64,000 nt of DNA, taken from the NCBI GenBank assembly GCA_009699605.1, contig WLNW01000001.1:8960-72959 (forward strand), given 5' to 3'. Shown here one piece after another: positions 43,585 to 52,754 of this stretch. How positions within the stretch are numbered: position 1 is the stretch's first letter; every line of letters begins with the position of its first letter. This DNA comes from Actinomycetota bacterium. GTDB taxonomy: Bacteria; Actinomycetota; Acidimicrobiia; Acidimicrobiales; WLNW01. The notes under the pieces were generated by a model. The model was given only the letters and a program-made list of their open reading frames with translations. It searched no databases and was not told where the DNA came from. Both the position numbers and the translations under genes were made by a program.

Positions 43585-44688
43585 ATGCCCGAACCGGTCG
43601 TTGCTGTCGTCCAAACTGGCCCGCGGGCGCTCGAGTTGGTCGAGCTGCCCCGCCCCCGCGTCGGGCGCGACGACGCGATCCTTCGGGTCGAGGCCTGTGG
43701 CATCTGCGGCACCGACGTCGAGCAGTACCGGGGCGAGCTCGACGGGGTGATCGACCTGCGGTACCCGCTCGTGCCTGGCCACGAGCCCGTCGGCGTCATC
43801 GACGAGATCGGGTCCGACGCGGCCGAGCGTTGGCGGCTCGCTCCGGGTGACCGCGTGGCCGTGGAACCGTTCCTGCCGTGCGGCGGGTGCCGGTACTGCT
43901 TGTCGGGTTCCTACGAGCATTGCAACGGCTGGGCCCAGATGATGTCGTACGGCTTCGTGCCCACCGCTGTCGCACCGTCGATCTGGGGCGGGTACGCCAC
44001 GCACCTCTACCTGCACCCGAAGGCCGTGCTGCACAAGGTGCCGGCTTCGATCGCCCCGCACGTCGCGGTGCTGTTCAACCCACTCGGCGCAGGCGTGCGG
44101 TGGGGCGTCACGCTGCCCCGCACCACGCTCGGCGCGACCGTCGTAGTGCTCGGGCCGGGCCAGCGGGGCATCGCCGCCGCGGTCGCCGCGAAGGTGGCGG
44201 GTGCGCGGCTCGTGATCATCACCGGCCTCGGCCGCGATCGGCACAAGCTCGACCTCGCGCTCGAACTGGGCGCCGACGTCGCGATCGACGTCGAACTCGA
44301 AGACCTCGTGCCACGCGTGCGCGAGCTCACCGGCGGCGCCATGGCCGATGTGGTGCTCGACGTGACCGCCAACGCCACCAGGCCGGTGGTCGACGCGGTC
44401 GACCTCGTGCGCGCCGGCGGCACCATCGTGCTCGGTGGGCTGAAGGGCACCGAAGTGCCGAACTTCCCGAGCGACAAGATCGTGCTGCGGGGCATCACGG
44501 TGATCGGCGCCCGCGGCGTCACCGCCGATGGCTACCGGGAAGCGCTATCCATCATCGAACAGCAGCGCTTCCCACTCGAGAAACTCCAAACGCACACGTT
44601 CGCATTGGCCGACGCCGAGCTGGCAATCCAGACCCTCGCCGGCGAGATCCCTGGCGAACATGCGATCAACGTCGTCATCCAACCGTGA
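43585..44688 (+). CDS. zinc-dependent alcohol dehydrogenase (MDR) family
   Basis: EACGICGTDVE, GHEPVG, Cys cluster CGGCRYC, and VLGPGQRGI Rossmann motif. Confidence 0.9.
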   Translation: MPEPVVAVVQTGPRALELVELPRPRVGRDDAILRVEACGICGTDVEQYRGELDGVIDLRYPLVPGHEPVGVIDEIGSDAAERWRLAPGDRVAVEPFLPCGGCRYCLSGSYEHCNGWAQMMSYGFVPTAVAPSIWGGYATHLYLHPKAVLHKVPASIAPHVAVLFNPLGAGVRWGVTLPRTTLGATVVVLGPGQRGIAAAVAAKVAGARLVIITGLGRDRHKLDLALELGADVAIDVELEDLVPRVRELTGGAMADVVLDVTANATRPVVDAVDLVRAGGTIVLGGLKGTEVPNFPSDKIVLRGITVIGARGVTADGYREALSIIEQQRFPLEKLQTHTFALADAELAIQTLAGEIPGEHAINVVIQP

Positions 44689-45394
44689 CGCGTGACGGAT
44701 CTTCGGCGCGCCACTGCCCCTCGGGCAGATCGCCCAGCTCGTAGGGGCCGACCGAGATGCGGTGGAGTGACGCGACGCTCGGCCCGCACGCGCCGATCAT
44801 GCGGCGTACTTGCCGGTGACGGCCCTCGGTGAGCACAACCTCGATCCGGTCAGGGCGGTCGGTGGCCCGCAGCACCGCAGGCAGGCAAGGGTCGTCCTCG
44901 CCCTTGAGCATGATCGTGCCGGTCGCGAAAACCGCGGCCATGTCGGCCAACTCGCGTTCGGACAACGGCAGGTCGAGGCCCACGAGGTAGCGCTTCTCGA
45001 CATGGTGGCGGGGCGCCGCGAGCTGGTGCACCATCGGCAGGATGTCGGTGACAAGCAGCAGACCGCTCGAATCCTTGTCGAGCCGCCCGACCGAAGTGAC
45101 CTTGGGGTTGCGGGCCAGCCAGCGAGCGGGCAGCAGGTCGTACACCGGCGGGCCGTCCTTGTCCTCGTGGGAGCACACGACACCCACCGGTTTGTGGAAC
45201 GACACGAACAGGCCGTGCGGGAACTCGAGCGGCTCGCCGTCGATCGCGATGTCGGCCGGGTCGGCGTGGTGCTCGGGCCCGCGCACGACCTCACCCGCCA
45301 CGGTCACCCGGCCGTCGCGCACCGCGCGCTGTGCTTCACGGCGGGTGCCGTAGCCCAGGTTGGCGATGGCGCGGTCGAGTCGGAGATGTGTCAC
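44675..45394 (-). CDS. pseudouridine synthase, RsuA/RluB family
   Basis: GTG start VTHLRLDRAIANLG (S4 domain). ...TSVGRLDKDSSGLLLVT (catalytic Asp block), ...EGRHRQVRRM. Confidence 0.85.
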   Translation of the reverse strand: MTHLRLDRAIANLGYGTRREAQRAVRDGRVTVAGEVVRGPEHHADPADIAIDGEPLEFPHGLFVSFHKPVGVVCSHEDKDGPPVYDLLPARWLARNPKVTSVGRLDKDSSGLLLVTDILPMVHQLAAPRHHVEKRYLVGLDLPLSERELADMAAVFATGTIMLKGEDDPCLPAVLRATDRPDRIEVVLTEGRHRQVRRMIGACGPSVASLHRISVGPYELGDLPEGQWRAEDPSRVTVG

Positions 45395-45458
45395 CGGCCG
45401 AGGCTCCCACAAAGACCGTCCGCCTACACTGCGCAGAGGCGTGCAAGGGGGAAGTGCT

Positions 45459-46229
45459 GTGGAAGACGAACCGACCGGCGGACGTGCGGCGTGGTCACCG
45501 AGGGCGATGCCGGGCATCGGACGCGAGCTCACACCGCAACAAGAGCTGGCCATCGCGCTGCGTCACCTCGACGACATCGGTTTCTGCGAGAACCTCACCG
45601 GGCACATCACCTGGCAGCTCCCCAACGAGGACAACCTGCTCGTGAACCCGTGGGGCCTGTGGTGGGCCGAGACCACCGCGGCGGATGTGCTCACCATCGC
45701 TTTGAACGGCGATGTGGTCCACGGTCCGTGGGACGTGACCCCGGCATTTCACATCCACACCGAGTTGCACAAGAGGCGCCCCGATGCGCGCGTGGTGGTG
45801 CACAACCACCCCATGCATGCGACGATCCTCGCGGGCATCGGCGTGCTGCCCGACATCATCCACCAGAACTCGGCCATGTTCTTCGAGGAGATGGTCTTCA
45901 TCAACGAGTACGACGGCGAGGTCGCCACGTCCTCGGGCGGCGCAGCCATCGCCGACGCCATGGGCGATGCCTCCGTCGCACTGCTCGCGAGCCACGGGGT
46001 CATCGTGGTTGCGCCCACCATGGCCGAGGCCACGTACAAGTCAGCGCTGTTCGAGCGGGCCTGCGAGATCATGTACCGCTCGATGCTGCTCGGCCGCCCC
46101 ACCTTTCCGATCGACCCGGTGCACCTCAAGCCCATGAAGGCGTCGCTCATCGAACGCGCGGCCGAGGCGTACTGGGACGGCGCGGCGCGCCAACTCATCG
46201 CCGCCGAGCCTGAAGTCCTGAAGTCCTGA
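45459..46229 (+). CDS. class II aldolase/adducin-domain protein
   Basis: GTG 45459 preceded by AAGGGGGA (alternative ATG at 45507). ...HIHTELHKRRPDARVVVHNHP...LLASHGVIVVAPTMAEA. The stop falls inside the octamer repeat. Confidence 0.8.
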   Translation: MEDEPTGGRAAWSPRAMPGIGRELTPQQELAIALRHLDDIGFCENLTGHITWQLPNEDNLLVNPWGLWWAETTAADVLTIALNGDVVHGPWDVTPAFHIHTELHKRRPDARVVVHNHPMHATILAGIGVLPDIIHQNSAMFFEEMVFINEYDGEVATSSGGAAIADAMGDASVALLASHGVIVVAPTMAEATYKSALFERACEIMYRSMLLGRPTFPIDPVHLKPMKASLIERAAEAYWDGAARQLIAAEPEVLKS

Positions 46230-46272
46230 AGTCCTGAAGTCCTGAAGTCCTGAAGTCCTGAAGTCCTGAAGT
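46209..46272. repeat. perfect octanucleotide microsatellite (CCTGAAGT) x 8
   Basis: Hand-verified 64 nt of uninterrupted CCTGAAGT units. It covers the last 6 sense codons and the stop (46227-46229) of the aldolase gene and ends 29 nt before the ATG of the next gene. Confidence 0.95.
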
Positions 46273-46301
46273 TCCACGCCCCGCCCACCGGAGGTCCTGT
46301 C

Positions 46302-47558
46302 ATGGCGATGAGTTTCGACGAGCTCACTGCGAACGCCTCGTTCACCAAGAACGTCAAGGGTCAGTTCACGCTGCTACCTGATCCACCACGCGCCGACCGC
46401 GAGTACCTGATGATCTCGTGTGACGATCACATCGTCGAGCCCCCCGACACCTTCACCGGCCGCGTACCGAAGCACCTCGCCGAACGCGCTCCGCGCGTCA
46501 TCGAGAACGCCGACGGCTCCGAGCAGTGGCTGTTCGACGGCGAACTCATGCCGAACGTCGGATTCAACGCAGTGGCCGGTCGCCCGGTCGCCGAGTACAG
46601 CTTCGACCCCACCCGCTTCGACCAGATGCGCAAGGGCAGCTGGGACGTCGCGAGTCGCATCGACGACATGAACCTCGACGGCGTGTACGGCTCGCTCTGC
46701 TTTCCGTCGTTCATCCCGGGCTTCGCCGGGCAGCGCCTCTACAACGTGGCCAAGGACACGGAGCTTGCGGTGGCCTGCACCCGAGCCTGGAACGACTGGA
46801 TGCTCGACGAGTGGTGCGGGTACGCGCCCGACCGCCTCATCCCCAGCCAGCTGCCCATCTGGAGCGACCCGATCCTCGCTGCGGCCGAGATCCGAAAGAA
46901 CGCCGAGCGCGGCTTCAAGGCGATCTCGTTCTCCGAAGGCCCGCATCTGCTGGGTTACCCGTCGCTGCACACCGGCTACTGGGACCCGGTCATGGAGGCA
47001 TGCCAGGAGACCAGCACGGTCGTCTGCCTGCACGTCGGCTCGTCGGGCACCTCACCCGCCACCGCTCCCGATGCGCCGAGCGACGCCGTCGGCGCCCTGT
47101 TCTTCGCCTACGCCATGTACTCCGCCGTCGATTGGCTCTTCTCGAAGATCCCCGTGCGCTACCCCGACATCCAGATCTGTCTCAGTGAGGGCGGCATCGG
47201 TTGGGTCGCCGGGCTCATCGACCGCTTCGAGCACATGAACCAGTACAGCTCTATGTACGGCACCTGGGACGGCATCGAACTGACCCCGGCCGAGGTGTTC
47301 AAGCGCAACTTCTGGTTCTGCGCGATCGACGACCCGTCGTCGTTCCTGCAGACCGAGGTCATCGGCGTGAACAACATCATGGTCGAGAGTGATTACCCGC
47401 ACGCCGACACCACGTGGCCGCACACCCAGGACAAGCTGCACGCCCAGATCGCGCACCTGTCGCGCGCCGACCGCGATCGCATCTGCTGGGGCAACGCCGC
47501 CGAGTTGTTCGACCTCGAGGTGCCGGCGTCCTTGATCGCCGACCCCAACAGCTTCTAG
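46302..47558 (+). CDS. amidohydrolase-2 (ACMSD/metal-dependent hydrolase) family protein
   Basis: 418 aa. ...ISCDDHIVEPPDTF... (HxH-like metal site variant DDH), ...SDYPHADTTWP. GGAGG RBS. Confidence 0.85.
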   Translation: MAMSFDELTANASFTKNVKGQFTLLPDPPRADREYLMISCDDHIVEPPDTFTGRVPKHLAERAPRVIENADGSEQWLFDGELMPNVGFNAVAGRPVAEYSFDPTRFDQMRKGSWDVASRIDDMNLDGVYGSLCFPSFIPGFAGQRLYNVAKDTELAVACTRAWNDWMLDEWCGYAPDRLIPSQLPIWSDPILAAAEIRKNAERGFKAISFSEGPHLLGYPSLHTGYWDPVMEACQETSTVVCLHVGSSGTSPATAPDAPSDAVGALFFAYAMYSAVDWLFSKIPVRYPDIQICLSEGGIGWVAGLIDRFEHMNQYSSMYGTWDGIELTPAEVFKRNFWFCAIDDPSSFLQTEVIGVNNIMVESDYPHADTTWPHTQDKLHAQIAHLSRADRDRICWGNAAELFDLEVPASLIADPNSF

Positions 47559-47605
47559 CGCAGCCGGGGCGGCCCGCCAGGGGCACCGCGACATGATGGA
47601 CGGCG

Positions 47606-47722
47606 ATGGAGATCCTCCTTGTCGTCGCCGTGGTCGGTCTGTTCATCTTCGTGCCGCGGTATTTCCGTACCAAACGCCGTACCCGGGCCGAGGCCAAGGC
47701 ACGCCGGCGCACTCGCAACTGA
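47606..47722 (+). CDS. possible 38-aa membrane peptide
   Basis: MEILLVVAVVGLFIFVPRYFRTKRRTRAEAKARRRTRN*: one hydrophobic helix plus a strongly basic tail. Codons verified by hand, mostly G/C-ending. It is below the ORF-track size cut-off and has no strong RBS. Confidence 0.3.
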   Translation: MEILLVVAVVGLFIFVPRYFRTKRRTRAEAKARRRTRN

Positions 47723-48197
47723 GTCGAGCCGACCGGTCTCGCACCAACGCTGCGTCGACCGCGGAGTCAGGCACCTCTACGGTGCACAACTCGACACTCG
47801 TCCTGGTGCCCGGGGCGCTGCCTTGCCCACGGCTACCCGCTGCCCGGACGACACGGTCCTCGAAGTCGAGCGTGTCCAGCTCGTCGGGGGCGACGACCAG
47901 GCGGTACGCGCCGGGCACGGTGACGAGCTTCGTCGGTGGGCACTCCTCGCCGAGCAGGTCGCTCAGGCGATTGATGTGCACCTGCAGGGTGGCCCTGCTG
48001 CGCTTGGTGTTGTCGCTCCAGAGCGCCTCGACCAGGGTCTCGGTGACCACCCGCCACATGTCCGAGGATCTTGATCGCCAGCACGGCGCCTCCCCCGGTC
48101 GCGACATTACCAAGCCTGCTGCGGTCGCAACCTGACCGACCTCCGTGGTACGAAGGGCACCAATGAAAACCGTCCCTGCCGTAGACCCCCGCACCAT
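47643..48197 (-). pseudogene. truncated SARP/OmpR-type winged-helix DNA-binding domain (no BTAD or other C-terminal domain)
   Basis: ...VFIGALRTTEVGQ...LVMSRPGE...TETLVEALWSDNTKRSRATLQVHINRLSDLLGEE...LVTVPGAYRLVVAPDELDTLDFE matches the trans_reg_C / SARP N-terminal pattern. The tail after it is non-protein-like. The 5' end collides with the divergent acyl-CoA synthetase start. Confidence 0.4.
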
Positions 48198-49809
48198 CGA
48201 CGAACATGTCCGAGATGGCTGGTGGGGCACCGACACGCTGACCGATGTCATCCGACGCCAACGAGCCGACAACCCCGATGGCGTGGCCTTCGTCGACGAG
48301 CACGGCGATCGCATGACGTGGACCACCTACGACGAGCTGTCCGATCGTGTCGCCGCCGCGTTGATGTCGCTCGGCCTCGACCGCGGAGATCGTGTGGTGG
48401 TCTTCCTCCCGGATACCCCGCTCGTGCACGCAGCCTTCGTCGGCACCGAAAAGGCGGGACTGGTCATCATGGGCCTCGGCCACCGCGCCGGCGAGGCCGA
48501 GATGATCCACCTCGTGCGCAAGAGCGAAGCCCGCGCGATCATCACGCCGCTCACCCACCGCGACGAGAGCTCGAGCGCGCTCGTGGCCCGCCTACGGGCC
48601 GCCGTGCCGTCGCTCGAACACCACGTCGTGCTGCGCGGCCCGAGCAGCACCGCGGCGATCGCGGTCATGAACAGCACGACGGCATTGTCCAAGCCCGCGG
48701 ACCTGCGGGCCAGGATCGACGCCCAGCGCCTCGACCCGAACGAGCTGTTCCTGCTGAACAGCACCTCGGGCACCACCGGCCTGCCGAAGTGCGTGATGCA
48801 ATTCCAGAACCGTTGGTTCTACTTCCACAAGAAGGCCGCCGAGCTCGGCGCGCTGCGCCCCGACGACGTGTTCATGTCGGTCGTGCCGGCACCGTTCGGC
48901 TTCGGGCTGTGGACCGGCCACTTCACGCCGACCATCCTCGGCGCACCATGCGTGATCATGGACCACTTCTCGGCGCGCAAGATGGTCGAGATCATCGAAC
49001 GCGAACGGGTCACCGTGCTGTGCTGCGTGAGCACGCAATTCATCATGATGCTCAACCTGCCCGAACTGGCTGAGCACGACGTGTCGTCACTGCGGATCAT
49101 GTTCACGGGCGGCGAGGCCATACCCGAGGCCCGGGCCCGCGAGTTCGAAGCGCGCACCGGGTCGATGGTCATGAACTTCTACGGGTCGAACGAGACCGGC
49201 ACGTTGAGCGGTACGTCGATCGACGACCCGACCGTGAAGCGGCTCACCACCACCGGCCGCATCATGCCCGAAATGCAGGTGCGCCTGTACACGCCCGAGG
49301 GCGAACGCATCGCGGGCGACATCGGGCGGGGCGTGCCGGCGTGCAAAGGTCCGGCGACCACCATCGGCTACTACGACGACGAAGCCGCAAACGCCACGTT
49401 GTTCGCCGACGACGGTTGGATGCTCATGGGCGACGTCGTCGAGATCGACGCCGAGGGCTGGCTCAGCGTCGTCGGCCGGACAAGCGACTTCATCATCCGC
49501 GGCGGTAAGAACATCAGCGCGCCGGCGGTCGAGGACGAGGTCGCCACGCACCCGGCGGTGTCGATGGTGGCAGTCGTGCCCGCACCCGACCCCGTCTTCG
49601 GCGAGCGCGTCGCCGCCTTCGTCGAACTCCACGAGGGTGCGTCGCTCACCCTCGACGAACTGCGCGAGCACCTCATCGCCCGCGGCATCTCGAAGGAGTG
49701 GTATCCCGAATACCTGTTCATCACCGACGCGCTGCCACGCGCGTCGGGGGGCAAGGTCGCAAAGGGCGAGCTGAAAAAGGACGCGGCCGCACGCGTCGCC
49801 GAGAGCTGA
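48163..49809 (+). CDS. AMP-dependent acyl-CoA synthetase/ligase
   Basis: ATG 48163 preceded by GAAGGG. LLNSTSGTTGLPKCV (AMP-binding motif), ...GDVVEIDAEGWLSVVGRTSDFIIRGGKNISAPAVE. Confidence 0.9.
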   Translation: MKTVPAVDPRTIDEHVRDGWWGTDTLTDVIRRQRADNPDGVAFVDEHGDRMTWTTYDELSDRVAAALMSLGLDRGDRVVVFLPDTPLVHAAFVGTEKAGLVIMGLGHRAGEAEMIHLVRKSEARAIITPLTHRDESSSALVARLRAAVPSLEHHVVLRGPSSTAAIAVMNSTTALSKPADLRARIDAQRLDPNELFLLNSTSGTTGLPKCVMQFQNRWFYFHKKAAELGALRPDDVFMSVVPAPFGFGLWTGHFTPTILGAPCVIMDHFSARKMVEIIERERVTVLCCVSTQFIMMLNLPELAEHDVSSLRIMFTGGEAIPEARAREFEARTGSMVMNFYGSNETGTLSGTSIDDPTVKRLTTTGRIMPEMQVRLYTPEGERIAGDIGRGVPACKGPATTIGYYDDEAANATLFADDGWMLMGDVVEIDAEGWLSVVGRTSDFIIRGGKNISAPAVEDEVATHPAVSMVAVVPAPDPVFGERVAAFVELHEGASLTLDELREHLIARGISKEWYPEYLFITDALPRASGGKVAKGELKKDAAARVAES

Positions 49810-49869
49810 TACCACGCGGTCGATCTGCCGTCCCCGGTGCCGCTTCAGGCCGGTCCGGCAGGCCGACCG

Positions 49870-50337
49870 TCAGCGCTGCGTCGACACCAGCGCGGTCCAG
49901 CTCCGCTCGATGCGGGCCGCGCTCAGCAGACGAGCCGCGTCCACGATCCACGTGATCAACATGACCGGCGCGGTGTCGGCCGCAACCTCGAGCACGATGC
50001 CCCGGCGCGGGTGGTCCTGCTTGATCTTCCATTCGCGCGGCGTGAGCACGCCGTTGTCTCGAAGGTACGGGATCGCCTTCGCGGCGTGCGGGTGCTCGAG
50101 CCCCACCGAGAGCACGGCACCCGTGCGCGCCAACGTCCCGAGCGGGATGGGTGCCCCGGCCTTCTGGAACATGCGCACCAACGGATGTGGGATGCGGTCA
50201 CGTAGCTCGTCGAGATCCTCTTCGCGGAGATACGGCTCGATGTTGAGCCACTCGCCATCGCGGAGGTCGCGCACTGCGGTGACCACCTCGTCAAGATCGT
50301 CGTCGGTGAACTGGATGAGCCGCTTCTCGATCGCCAC
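49870..50337 (-). CDS. hypothetical protein (155 aa), last gene of the bicupin-SnoaL operon
   Basis: Balanced acidic/basic composition (MAIEKRLIQFTDDDLDEVVTAVRDLRDGEW...). The alternative-frame ORFs are Ser/Arg junk. No family recognised. Confidence 0.65.
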   Translation of the reverse strand: MAIEKRLIQFTDDDLDEVVTAVRDLRDGEWLNIEPYLREEDLDELRDRIPHPLVRMFQKAGAPIPLGTLARTGAVLSVGLEHPHAAKAIPYLRDNGVLTPREWKIKQDHPRRGIVLEVAADTAPVMLITWIVDAARLLSAARIERSWTALVSTQR

Positions 50338-50346
50338 TCGCGAACC

Positions 50347-50886
50347 CTAGGACCAGCGTTGCTGTTTGCGCAGCCGGTAGCTGATGTCGTCGGGGCTGCG
50401 GTGCCCGACGGTGAAGTCGTTGGGGAACTCCCACGGTGTGGCCGGCTCGATCCAGTACGCCCAGTCGAACGCGCACACGCGCCGGGCGATGCGCCACTCG
50501 CCGGCTCGGCGTTGGAAGTGGTCGCAGTAGCGAAGGCCCATGCGCATGTCGGCCTGCCGCCCGTCGGCATCGGGCTTTCCGACGTGGTGTGCGCTGCAAT
50601 AGGTCTCGACGTAGGCCGACGCGTCGTCGAGCGCGAGGTCAATGCTGCACTGCCCGAGGAAGTGGTGCGTGGCCGCGAAATGAGGCAGGACCTGCAGTAC
50701 CCAGTCGGCGAACTCGACCGGGCCACCGCGGAACGAGTTGTGGTCGTCGAAGCCATCAGGCCAGTAGCCCGACACGATGAGCTCGTGATCGAGACGGTCG
50801 GTGCCCCGCGCGACGCGGTGGATGATCGCGGTGATGGCGTCCTTCGCGAGGAGAGCCTCGATCGGTGAGTGCGGGGCGTCGCTCAT
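50347..50886 (-). CDS. SnoaL-like / NTF2-fold protein
   Basis: Start at MSDAPHSPIEALLAKDAITAIIHRVARGTDRLD... is typical of the SnoaL_4 N-terminus. The start overlaps the bicupin gene's stop by 4 nt. Confidence 0.75.
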   Translation of the reverse strand: MSDAPHSPIEALLAKDAITAIIHRVARGTDRLDHELIVSGYWPDGFDDHNSFRGGPVEFADWVLQVLPHFAATHHFLGQCSIDLALDDASAYVETYCSAHHVGKPDADGRQADMRMGLRYCDHFQRRAGEWRIARRVCAFDWAYWIEPATPWEFPNDFTVGHRSPDDISYRLRKQQRWS

Positions 50887-51992
50887 GTGCGACCGCCGAT
50901 CGGTGCGCCAATCATGACGGCCACCCAGCGGGCCGGCCCATCGCCTCGGTTGTGCCACTTGTGCCAGTTGCCGCGCTGCACGACGACATCACCCGCGCCG
51001 AGCACCTTCGAACCGTGTCCGGGCAGTTCGAGCTCGACCGTGCCCTCGAGGATGAAGTCGAAGTCGATGGTGTCGGTCTTGTGGTTGCCCGGGTCGTCGG
51101 GGTCGTGATGGCCCGTGCCGGCGAGAAGCGCGCCGATCTCGCCCATGTGCGCCCGCAGCCTCGCGACATCGAGCGCCGCCGCCCGAGCGTCGTCGCTGGG
51201 CAGCTCGATGTACTTCAGCGCGATGCCCATGCCGTACGGATCGAGCGTGAGCGTGACCGGTGCGGCATCGCCACCTTGATCGACGGCGGCCACCGCGCCG
51301 CCGGTCTGCCAGAGGTCACCGTGGACCATGCCCGCGCCGCCGTCGATAGCCACGCAGTTGGGCGCTGGGCCGTCGCTGACCACGTAGGACCGGCCAAGCG
51401 CATCGACACCCGTGACCACGCGTCGAGGCCCGGCGGACGTCGGGAGGCCGGCCGGGCGCGGCACCAAGCCGAACATCGGCTCCTTCGCCCCAGGATCGAG
51501 GGCGAACATCGCGACCACGTACGTGCAGGGGCCTTCGCCCACGACGCGCCAACGGTGTTGGGTGCCGCGCTGGATGACGCAATCTCCCGCGCCGAGCCGG
51601 ACGCAGCCGTCCTCGAGTTCGAGCTCGATCTCGCCCTCGACCACCCATTCGAGATCGAGCGTCGCCGTGGCGTGCATGCCCGGCCGCTCAGACGAGAAGT
51701 GCGAATCGGCCGGGTTGTGCAGGAACTGCTGCTCGCGCGGCAGCGACTGGTCGGGCAGCGGCAGCCGGATGATCCGCAGCGTCATGCCACCCGGCGGAGG
51801 TTCCAACGGGAAGCCTCCCTCCGGATCGCGGCCAGCGGCGGGGTCGGCAGGAGGACCGTCGATGGCCCACAGGTCGGCCACCGCGGTGCCACCGGGCATG
51901 TCGACGATGTGCGGCGGCGGGCCGTCGCTCACGAAGATCGCCTGTCCATCAGCGTCGTGGCCCGTGACCACGCGCCGGACGTGGAAACCCAT
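50883..51992 (-). CDS. bicupin protein (two cupin-2-like domains)
   Basis: 369 aa from MGFHVRRVVTGHD. Two internally similar halves (RRVVTG.DA.G...VSDGP...; ...LGAGDCVIQRGTQHRW... and ...LGAGDVVVQRGNWHKW...). Confidence 0.75.
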   Translation of the reverse strand: MGFHVRRVVTGHDADGQAIFVSDGPPPHIVDMPGGTAVADLWAIDGPPADPAAGRDPEGGFPLEPPPGGMTLRIIRLPLPDQSLPREQQFLHNPADSHFSSERPGMHATATLDLEWVVEGEIELELEDGCVRLGAGDCVIQRGTQHRWRVVGEGPCTYVVAMFALDPGAKEPMFGLVPRPAGLPTSAGPRRVVTGVDALGRSYVVSDGPAPNCVAIDGGAGMVHGDLWQTGGAVAAVDQGGDAAPVTLTLDPYGMGIALKYIELPSDDARAAALDVARLRAHMGEIGALLAGTGHHDPDDPGNHKTDTIDFDFILEGTVELELPGHGSKVLGAGDVVVQRGNWHKWHNRGDGPARWVAVMIGAPIGGRT

Positions 51993-52100
51993 CGCACTCC
52001 CCCTTGCCATGCGGTGCCGACCAGCAGCGCGCGCCGACGCTACAGGTCGACTGTTCAAACAGTTGTTCGGAATGGAGGACGGGCTACTCTTGCCCACGAC

Positions 52101-52727
52101 ATGGAACTGATCCTCGTACGCCACGCGTTGCCCGAGCGGGTCGAGAACGTCGACGGCGTGGCCGACCCCGGCCTGCAGACCGTCGGCTGGACGCAGGCCG
52201 AGCGCCTCGCCGCCTGGCTTTCGCGCGAGCAAATCGACCACATCGCGGTCAGTCCCAAGCGCCGGGCCATCGAGACGGCAACGCCCCTGGCCGAGCGCCT
52301 CGGGATGACCCCCGAGATCATCCAAGGATTCTCCGAGATCGATCGCTCGTCGCGCACCTACATCCCCGTCGAGGAGATGCGTCGCGAGAACAACGCGCAC
52401 TGGCAGGCCATCGTCAGTGGCGATTGGGCGAGCGTCGGCTACCACGACCCGGCCGAGTTCCATCGCGAGGTCGTCGCCGCGCGCGACGACCTGCTCGAAC
52501 GCCATGGCGATCACCGCGTGGTCGTCGTCGCGCACGGTGGCACCATCAACGCGATCGTGTCGGCGTATCTAGGATTCGAGTCACCGCGCTTCCTGTTCGA
52601 CTTCGGCTACACGTCGATCACCCGAGCAGGGAAGGGCTACACCGATCGTGTCATCATCCGTTCCCTCAACGAGATGGCGCACCTCCACACCGAGCGCGAC
52701 ACGCTCGATCCCCTGCCCCTGCTCTGA
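52101..52727 (+). CDS. histidine phosphatase (phosphoglycerate-mutase-like) family protein
   Basis: MELILVRHALPE (RHG-type motif variant RHA), ...SPKRRAIETA..., ...VVVAHGGTINA. Confidence 0.85.
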   Translation: MELILVRHALPERVENVDGVADPGLQTVGWTQAERLAAWLSREQIDHIAVSPKRRAIETATPLAERLGMTPEIIQGFSEIDRSSRTYIPVEEMRRENNAHWQAIVSGDWASVGYHDPAEFHREVVAARDDLLERHGDHRVVVVAHGGTINAIVSAYLGFESPRFLFDFGYTSITRAGKGYTDRVIIRSLNEMAHLHTERDTLDPLPLL

Positions 52728-52754
52728 TCACCCACTCTCACGGAGTTCCTCCCT

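Noticed and set aside
46209-46272. Possibility that the 8-bp or 27-bp tandem repeats represent a CRISPR array
   Set aside because: The repeats are directly abutting with no spacers, the units are far shorter than CRISPR repeats, and no cas genes are present.
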